24,874 nt of DNA from a virus (taxonomy: Duplodnaviria > Caudoviricetes). The position numbers were made by a program, and so were the translations under genes. The notes under the pieces were generated by a model, which did no database searches, was not told the DNA's origin, and saw only the letters and a list, made by a program, of their open reading frames with translations. The first letter of the stretch is position 1. Each line of letters starts with the position of its first letter. Positions 17,274-24,874 of the stretch are shown here, piece by piece. Where the stretch lies: IMG/VR virus record IMGVR_UViG_3300011335_000877, positions 1 to 24,874 of that record; one strand, given 5' to 3'.

Positions 17274-19408
17274 TGACTTTACCTACCATGGAATTAGACG
17301 ACGATATTATTTATAGTGGTGCGGGCGGAGGAAAAGGCGGCGGGGGCGGCGGGGGCGGGGGCGGCAAGGGCAAGGGAGGCAGCAATCCACGCAAGCCGGA
17401 AGAAGATCCTGAATCATTAAGAAGCCGATCAGAAGCTAGTTTTGTTGCAGTATTGTCTGAAGGTGAAGTACAAGGTTTTGAAGATGGGGTGGATCCACTC
17501 ACTCGTATTTTTTTAGATGGTGTACCACTAAGAAATAGAGACGGCAGTTCTAATTTTTCAATTGCTGCATTTTTTACGGGCTCTCCTTCAACAGCGCAAG
17601 GCAAAGGAAGCTTAATTTCCGCTATTTCTAGCTCAATACCAGGATTAGTGCGCACTGAAACCAATACTGGTGTAAATACTATTGTTGCTGATTATCGCGT
17701 GGGGGTACAAAACCAAGATCCCATGCCCGGTTTTGACGATGTAAGAGCAGAACAAGGTGTAAATATTAAATTAACAAGAGCAGCCGGTCGCGTTTTTAGG
17801 GTTACTACCAGCAGTATATTTAATCGAATACGAGTGAGAATAGGCATTGGATCTTTATTTTATGTTAATAACAGCAATGGCGACGTCAAAGGGGGCTTTG
17901 TAAGTTTTAATATTCAAATTCAATCTGATAATGGCTCAGTAATTGTAAATGACAACAAAGTAATTGGCGGTAAATCTAGGGGGCCAGTGGAATTTGAATA
18001 CGAGTATTCATTGTCTGGCAATGGACCATGGGTGGTAAGTGTTGAAAGAACACTAGCAGATCCTACTAGCACCACTGAAAGTAATGATTTATATTTCAAG
18101 GCAATCGTAGGAATTATTAATCAATCATTTCGCTATCCCAACACAGCATTGCTTGGCTTAAAAATTGGAGCTGAAAATTTTTCTGCAGTGCCAACAATAG
18201 GAGCAGATATGTTGGGAATTAAAATTAAAATTCCTCAAAATTATGATCCTATTGCGCGATCTTATGTAGGTGTTTGGAATGGTACATTTAAAACAGAATG
18301 GAGCAATAATCCAGTGTGGGTATTTTATGACTTACTAACAAACACAAGGTATGGAGCGGGGCAATTTATAAATGCGAATCAAGTGGATCGCTATAGTTTG
18401 TATCCAATTGCTCAGTATTGTGATGAATTAGTAAGCGATGGTAAAGGCGGCAAGGAGCCACGTTTTACATTTAATGCTTATATTACAGACCGAGGAGAAG
18501 CTTATAGTGTTTTAAATAGTTTGGCTGCTGCTTTTCGTGGAATGTTGTATTTTAGCGAAGGAACAGTTGTTGCTATTCAAGATCGACCAAAAGCAATTAC
18601 TAAGATATTTTCTCCTGCTAATGTTGTTCAGGAAGTTAATGATAATGGCAATATAACAACACCCCCGTTTGCCTATGAGGGCACAGCACGTAAAGCAAGA
18701 AAAACAGTTGCTTTAGTAAGCTGGAATGATCCTGATGATTCCTATAAAAGCAAGATTGAATATGTAGAAGATGCTGAAGGGCTTGATCGTTATGGTTACC
18801 ATGAAGTAGAAGTAAGGGCTTTTGGTACCACTTCTCAGGGACAAGCGCAAAGAGTGGGAAGGTGGATTTTGCTAACAGATCAATTAGATACAGAAACCGT
18901 TACGTTAAAAACTGGCACGGAAGGATTTTTTTGATGCCAGGGGAGGTTATTGTTATTGCAGATCCGACAAAGGGAGGAAAAGCGCTATGGGGGGAGAATT
19001 ACTGCGGCAACAACAATTGCCGTTACCATTGACTCTCCATTTATTCTGCTGAGCGGCAAATCCTACACACTTACTGTAATGCTTCCTAATGGTTCCTTAG
19101 AGAGCCGTACAGTGCTTAATAGCCCTGGCACCACTTCTGTACTTAGTATCAACCCGGCTTTATCTGAGGCGCCCATACAAGGCGCTCCTTGGGTGCTGCA
19201 GGAAGACGCCGATGGTATAAGAAAATTTCGCGTAATTTCAATTAACGAAGACGATGGACGAATGACAGTAATTGCTTCTCTTTATAATGAAGAAAAATTT
19301 ACTATTGCCGATAGCCCTCAACTAAGCTCCAAGCGTGTTTCACTCTCTAGACTGCAAACAATACCACTTGTATCACAACGCAGTATTATTCTTGGGACGG
19401 TACAGTAA
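17273..19408 (+). CDS. Central tail tip protein, lambda gpJ-like, interrupted as sequenced at 18926-18981 (about 711 aa if repaired)
   Basis: SEGEVQG, YPNTA, WNGTFK..WSNNPVW.FYDLLTNTRYGAG, YCDELV.DG.GG.EPRF, TSQGQAQRVGRW. ORFs 17273..18934 and 18950..19408 share a frame, while the expected LMPGEVIVIADP motif lies in the -1 frame. Confidence 0.88.
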
Positions 19409-19806
19409 TGGCTTACAACGAAGTGGCATGGGATTACCCTAAAATTTCTTCATATTCAATTCTTAATGCAGCCGTACATCCAGCTATCTGCTGGCAGCCA
19501 TTACAAAACAATCCATTCATTGGTGCGTTTGATGTAGATTATTTAGACATTGAAAATAAACTATGGGTGAATATTGGACGCACTTCTACCAATTACATTC
19601 GTTTTCCCAATGATGATTACAACGGGCAAGGGGTTTATCAAATTAGAATTGCTACAATAGGCATTAATGGCATTCGCTCTCCTTATGCTTATAGCACAGT
19701 AGCGTTTTCCAGTCCATTATCGTTTGATTTTACAAGAAATCAGACAGTAAGATTAATAAACGGCACAGAAGTGCCTAACCAACGTTACCTTTTCTTAGTT
19801 ATTTGA
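19408..19806 (+). CDS. Fibronectin type III-like tail protein resembling a detached gpJ C-terminal domain
   Basis: W...FDVDY....WVNIGRTS...GVYQIRIATIGINGIRSPYA pattern; TAATG coupling to gpJ. Confidence 0.6.
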   Translation: MAYNEVAWDYPKISSYSILNAAVHPAICWQPLQNNPFIGAFDVDYLDIENKLWVNIGRTSTNYIRFPNDDYNGQGVYQIRIATIGINGIRSPYAYSTVAFSSPLSFDFTRNQTVRLINGTEVPNQRYLFLVI

Positions 19807-19807
19807 T

Positions 19808-20215
19808 ATGGCAAATCTTTATGGACTTGATGCTGCTGGCTCACAAGCCTACATAAGAGCTACTGGTGCTGGTGCCATTGGCGATCCATTTATTGTAAGC
19901 AATGATTTATTCACTTCTGAATTGAAAAGTGCTTTTGTTTCCGCTAGTGGTAACGCAGATGTAATTACAGCAGTAGCTAGCCGAAAATTAAGAGTGATGG
20001 CTATGACTATCACTTCATTGTCTGGTTGTACGGTAAAGCTTCAAAGTGGCGCCTCAACTGATAAAACACCTCCATTCCATGTTGCCGCCAATGGCAATTT
20101 GGTGCAAAGCAATCCATTGGGGCTTTTTGAAGGTGTAATTAGTGAAAAAATCAATGCTGTGGTAAGTGGCACCACCATTTATACGGTAATGCTTTCGTAT
20201 CGAGAGGTGGCATGA
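19808..20215 (+). CDS. Small beta-rich putative virion protein
   Basis: 135 aa, A/S/T/G-rich, tightly packed in the tail operon. Confidence 0.7.
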   Translation: MANLYGLDAAGSQAYIRATGAGAIGDPFIVSNDLFTSELKSAFVSASGNADVITAVASRKLRVMAMTITSLSGCTVKLQSGASTDKTPPFHVAANGNLVQSNPLGLFEGVISEKINAVVSGTTIYTVMLSYREVA

Positions 20216-20910
20216 GCGTGTTTCTTGCTACTAAACTTGTTCCTCAAATTAATTTGCATTTATTACGTAGGGATTTTTTTGATGGTTTTGGCTTATTGTT
20301 ACAAGATAGCGATGGAGAACCATTTGATTTAAGTTTAGTGGAAGTGTGTGCTTCTGTATGGAAATATACAACCGCAGGAGCATTATCACAAGTTACTGCT
20401 TTTAATGTAGAAAAACAGGAGCCACTTCGTAATGGTGTGGTAAGGCTATGGCTCACGTCTTCTCAAGTGGCAGCAATTTGGGATGCAGCCGAGGAACCAC
20501 AGAATGCAGCGATCAGTCAAAGCTTCTTTCCTACTACTTACACTGAAAACGAAGTGCAAGGTTCATTATTCTGGGATGTTCGTATTGAAAAACAAGATGA
20601 ATTAGCTAGTTTAGTTAGCGTTAGTAGTGGTGTATTTGTTTCTCAAACCAATCATGGTCTTGGTGCTACAGAGCGCGTAGTGTTTAAGGGTACTACCACT
20701 TCTAGTGGCATCAACTACAATGGCACAAGTGCTCGCATTTACACTAATTTGACGGGCCTTACTTATGCTGCCCCTTATTCTTTCACCATTGCCACTCTTT
20801 CTGGTGTTACAGCCTCAGGAATTGGTGGAAATGTTTATAGACTAAAGCAAGATACAGTGGCGGGCGGCGGCGTAATCGTAGGCACCACTTTTTCCAATTG
20901 TTTTCCTTGA
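20212..20910 (+). CDS. Putative tail accessory protein with BppU-like N-terminal domain
   Basis: LQDSDGEPFDLS...ASV...GVVRLWLTSSQ...LFWDVRI pattern, followed by a TNHGL...VVF module; ATGA coupling. Confidence 0.6.
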   Translation: MSVFLATKLVPQINLHLLRRDFFDGFGLLLQDSDGEPFDLSLVEVCASVWKYTTAGALSQVTAFNVEKQEPLRNGVVRLWLTSSQVAAIWDAAEEPQNAAISQSFFPTTYTENEVQGSLFWDVRIEKQDELASLVSVSSGVFVSQTNHGLGATERVVFKGTTTSSGINYNGTSARIYTNLTGLTYAAPYSFTIATLSGVTASGIGGNVYRLKQDTVAGGGVIVGTTFSNCFP

Positions 20911-20916
20911 GGAATT

Positions 20917-22662
20917 ATGGCTGATTTAAAAGAAGGCGTATCAGTTATAACGGTAGGGCGTACAGCGCCAATTCCTCCTGGCCAGCAAACGATGGCAGCA
21001 AGTTTGCCAGTAGTAATTGCTAGTGATCAAACGCCAGTGCCGGTGGAAGTGGCAAACCAGCAAATTAGTGAAGTAAGTTTAAGTTTGCTTGGCATTCCTC
21101 GTGCTGAAGTAGCGCTTGGTATTTTTGCTGATGTTACCACTTATGATATTAATCCAAGTGAATGGGCTAGTGAAGGTGGTGGTTCCAGCACTCATATTGC
21201 AAACGAAAGTGCAGCAAAAATAGTTTTAGGATCCGCAGTAACAAATAATTATCAAATATTGAGCAGTAGGCGCTTTTTTCGTTATCAACCAGGCAGGGTA
21301 AGTGCAGCCACATTCGGGGTGAGAAGTTCCATTTCCAATGATTCAACTGATATTAAAAAATTTGGTGCTTTTGATAAACGCGATGCTTATTATATAGAAG
21401 TGCAAGGTGGTGGTCAGTCAGATTCAGCCAGCAAAGATTTTAATTGCTATTGCGTAAGACGAACAAGTGCGTTTGGAAGTAATGAACTAGGTATTCTTAC
21501 GCCAAATACTGTAGATGGCGATATTGGTACGGCAGGAACAGATTTAGTAATAGTACGAGCTGGTCTCACTTATATCCATGCTGGTCTTTTTGATCGCAGC
21601 GTTCGTGGTGCTGGTGGTACTAGCATTGGCAACATTGCTTCTTCGGATGGTGCGACAAGTGTTGCTAATAGCTTTATTTCAGTAGAACCTGCGTACAGGT
21701 ATACATACGAATATCGAGTGCCACGTAAATATGTTAGCCATGATCGTTTAGATGCAGAAACAAAAACGCAATATTATGCAGATAAAACACCAGGGCGCAA
21801 TTCTTTTACATTAGTAGTTGGAGGCACTGCAGACAATCCTGTGGTGACATATACCAATGGCACATCCGTAACAGATGCAAATAATGATATTGTTACCAAA
21901 ACAAGCATTTGGGACATTGATTTTTCAAAAGTTACAATGTATAAAGTTGAATATAGCTGGTACGGTGCTGTTGGAGGACACTTTTTGGCTTACGTTCCTG
22001 ATGCTACAACCACTGGAGAAGCTCGATGGGCTCGCATGCATCACATACGAGCCTCCAATCAACTTACAAGCCCTAGCTTAGCCAACCCTACGCTTCCTAT
22101 TGCTTATTTAGCGCAAAAAGCTACAAGCGCTAATGAATGTGCAATTTATAAATATGGTGCTTCTTATTACATTGACGGAGGAGACAAAGGTACTGTCACA
22201 GCTAGATCATCAAGTAATGCCGCTGATCGCTCTGCGACAACAAGTGGTACAATGTTAATTGGCTTGCAAATCAAAGAAAATGTTAATTCAATTCGCAATC
22301 GAATGCAAGTTTATCCCACTCGTTTAGGCGTGGGCAGCAGTGGCCGTGCTGTAGTAAAACTTATAAAAAATCCTACTACTGTTTCTGGTGCTCCTGCTTT
22401 TGCTAGTACAAGCACCTTGAGCCCAACAAATGTAACTACAAGCAGTGGTGTTATAACAGTAAGTGGCGGAACTAATGTCGCAACTTTTTTTGTAGGCGCT
22501 GGTGGTGTGGATATTGATTTAAGTCCATATTTTGGTTACAACAAGGATTACTTGTCATATCCATTGACTGCTAACACTGGTGATACGTTATATGTATTTG
22601 CGCAAGGTATTGGTGCGTCAGCAAACATAAGCGCGTCGTTGACTTGGGAGGAACAAGTGTAA
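20917..22662 (+). CDS. Large virion structural protein (paralog 1)
   Basis: 581 aa, S/T/G/A-rich; RBS GAGGA; motifs SLLGIPR, FRYQPGR, SWYGAVG and IDGGDKG are shared with the next gene. Confidence 0.85.
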   Translation: MADLKEGVSVITVGRTAPIPPGQQTMAASLPVVIASDQTPVPVEVANQQISEVSLSLLGIPRAEVALGIFADVTTYDINPSEWASEGGGSSTHIANESAAKIVLGSAVTNNYQILSSRRFFRYQPGRVSAATFGVRSSISNDSTDIKKFGAFDKRDAYYIEVQGGGQSDSASKDFNCYCVRRTSAFGSNELGILTPNTVDGDIGTAGTDLVIVRAGLTYIHAGLFDRSVRGAGGTSIGNIASSDGATSVANSFISVEPAYRYTYEYRVPRKYVSHDRLDAETKTQYYADKTPGRNSFTLVVGGTADNPVVTYTNGTSVTDANNDIVTKTSIWDIDFSKVTMYKVEYSWYGAVGGHFLAYVPDATTTGEARWARMHHIRASNQLTSPSLANPTLPIAYLAQKATSANECAIYKYGASYYIDGGDKGTVTARSSSNAADRSATTSGTMLIGLQIKENVNSIRNRMQVYPTRLGVGSSGRAVVKLIKNPTTVSGAPAFASTSTLSPTNVTTSSGVITVSGGTNVATFFVGAGGVDIDLSPYFGYNKDYLSYPLTANTGDTLYVFAQGIGASANISASLTWEEQV

Positions 22663-22666
22663 ATAA

Positions 22667-24874
22667 ATGGCGCAAGATTTTTCTGAATATTATCAAGTGC
22701 CTGATGATGCACAGTCAGCCGGAAGCAAGCTTATTGACGCTGAACTCATTGATTTTCTCACGGGGGATTCCTTAATTGATCCCATCAGCCAAGAACTATT
22801 AACGGGAGATTCAAGAGGCACTTTAGTGCTTACTGCAGATGCAGGCATTATTCCAGCTACTATCTCTAATTCTGATGGTGCCAACATAACCGTTGATTCT
22901 GTCAATAGTCAGGCAAGTGAAGTAGGGATAAGCTTGCTAGGTATACCAAGAAGCGAAACATCATTAGGGCTTTTTGATGCAGTAAATATTTATGGTATCA
23001 ATGATAAAGAATTTCACTCCGGCCCTGACGCTGCTGGTTATGCCTATGCAGCAGATCCAGGAGATTGGACTTTTAGAACTGAAGGTGTTGGTGATAATGA
23101 AAAGAAATATGGATTTTATTCGCGTCATTTACCAGCAGAAAGTGCCATTCAGGCTTATGTGTTTCCTCCTCCAGTTAGTTTTACTTATTTAGTTGATGAC
23201 AATACTGGTCGGTTTCCAGGAGGACATACAAATGGAACCATGCTTTTGTTTTGGGAAAGTAAGCGAGCATTTCGCTATCAACCAGGAAGAGTAACTGGTT
23301 TTACTCTTGGCGTGAGAATGTCAACTGGTAGTAATTATGCAGGAGAAATAATTAAGTGGGGGTGACGTAATGATGTTGGAGATGGTTATTTCTTTCAACT
23401 TGACAAAGGTGGTGATTTATTTGTAGTGCGCACATCGCCTGATTTGGGCACAGCCAAAATTGCTAGGGACGATTGGAATGGTGATCCCATCCAGCCCAAT
23501 ATTGGCAGCACTGGTTGGAATTTAGACTTGTCCCGTGTCACAATGTTTAAGATTGAATTTAGCTGGTATGGTGCTGTTGGCGCTCGTTTTTTGGCTTATG
23601 TACCAATTAGCCATGATGAAGCTCGATGGGTTACTTTACATTATTTTTTCGCAGAAAATCAATTTACATTTCCTAGTCTTCGCAGTCCATTCTTAAAATT
23701 GTTCGTGGAAGCACGTACCACGGCAGGAGCATCATCTCCAGCTTTTATTAATCTTTATGGCAGTAGTGTATTTATTGATGGAGGAGACAAAGGTACGGTT
23801 ACGGTTGGCGCTGCTGGATTAAATGAATTAAAACCAATTGACGCTACGCCAAGAAGCCTTTTAGGTTTAAATATAAAACCTTACATTAATAATATAATAA
23901 ATAAAAAAAGTATATTTCCTGTTAGCTTATCAGTGTTTGCAACAACTGATGCTCGCTTTGATTTAATATTTCAAAAAGCTTATTTTGGAGAAGAAAGTTT
24001 TAATTATGGTAATGGCACTACTTTGACTGCTAATGCTGCTTCTGGTATTACCGTAATTCGAACTGATGCTAATACACTAACCACTCCATCTGGGCAATTT
24101 TTTCCTGACATCAGTAATGAGTTAGGAGGAGCTAGTGATTACAGAAGCGGTCATAAAGTAAAGATTGTGGGAAATGGCATTCTTGCTACTCATGTAATTT
24201 CAATTAGCAATGATTTAACACAAATTGTAACAGATAGACCTCTGCCTGCTGGCATTACAAGCATTACATTAGGGAGAATGAATAATTATGCTGTTAGCAG
24301 TGGATTCATAGATAGCGGCGTCACTCAAGGTGCAATTTTTAGGTCGCTCATGGGACAAACAGGTTATGCACGAATTGGTTTGCTTCCTAAGGCATCAGGT
24401 TTAACTTATACGCCTGGTTCTGGCTATACGCCTGGCTCGAATGATGTTTTATGGGTGGCATCTAGTTATCCAGCTCTTCAATTTAATCGCTTTGGAACAG
24501 TTGTAGGAGAAGAACGATTCCCGCCAGGACCTAACGACGGCACTAATTTTGCAATTACTTTTCCTACCAGTGGTACTACAACAATTAGTGCAGCAGGGCG
24601 ATCAATTACAATTTCAGGCAATTCTCCATGGCCTATTCGTGTGGTGGTAGAGGCCCATGCGGGTGCGACCATTTCAGATGTAGTATTAGCGCAGCAACCA
24701 GTAGCAGTGCGTTTGATACCTGGAAGCGGTTCCACTCAAGCGCAAACCTCTTGGCCTGCAAGCAGCGGTATCACTCAAAGTTCATCTAGTGCTGGAGGGA
24801 CAAATTATGTAGCCAATAAATTTGTAGATAGTCTTTCGAGTCTACTTGGCGCAGCTTTAGTAGATACGCAAGGT
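22667..24874 (+). CDS. Large virion structural protein (paralog 2), 3'-partial, with one in-frame TGA at 23363-23365
   Basis: Manual translation stays open in the same frame from 23366 to the window end (736 codons in total) and continues the alignment with paralog 1 (DLSRVTMFKIEFSWYGAVGARFLAYVP, YGSSVFIDGGDKGTVT). Confidence 0.85.
24407..24438 (+). repeat. Short in-frame tandem duplication with an 18-nt period (YTPGSG-YTPGS)
   Basis: TATACGCCTGG at 24407-24417 and 24425-24435. Confidence 0.7.

Larger units (their letters stand above)
1..24874 (+). mobile_element. Tailed bacteriophage (siphovirus-like) head/tail morphogenesis region
   Basis: Co-oriented, tightly packed capsid, connector, tail tube, chaperone, tape measure and lambda-like M/L/K/I/J genes. 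No sheath, host housekeeping gene or integrase in the window, so free phage versus prophage cannot be decided. Confidence 0.97.

Noticed and set aside
18950-19408. Independent 152-aa gene starting at TTG 18950
   Set aside because: From KRYGGRI onward it is the continuation of gpJ, and its first residues are an out-of-frame reading of the PGEVIVIADP motif.
1-24874. Genome-wide TGA reassignment (genetic code 4 or 25) to explain the two internal TGAs
   Set aside because: Many genes end properly at TGA, often in ATGA overlaps (1975, 6082, 15964, 20215), and the gpJ break is better explained by frame changes.
1-24874. CRISPR arrays, tRNA/rRNA genes, DGR repeats, introns/inteins, IS elements
   Set aside because: No intergenic gap exceeds about 60 bp, and I saw no long nucleotide repeats or reverse transcriptase, transposase, homing endonuclease or intein motifs by eye.

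Overview
Late (virion morphogenesis) region of a tailed phage with a long non-contractile tail; almost all genes are on the + strand. Gene order: RfbH/DdhC-like sugar 3-dehydratase, small head-region genes, a divergent HTH regulator, DUF2213 protease/scaffold, decoration protein, major capsid protein, head-tail connector genes, tail tube, gpG/gpGT chaperones, tape measure, a lambda-like tail tip (M, L, K, I, J), accessory tail proteins and two large tandem paralogous virion proteins, the last running off the window. A cyanobacterial host is suggested but not proven. The most notable signals concern recoding. (1) A candidate programmed -1 frameshift outside the tail chaperone (A AAA AAG, stop, 7-nt spacer, stem/pseudoknot at 1616-1671). 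(2) The canonical gpG/GT frameshift. (3) A single in-frame TGA inside a conserved domain at 23363. (4) A broken gpJ at 18926-18981. Items 3 and 4 may be sequence errors. All family names come from motif recognition, not from database searches.
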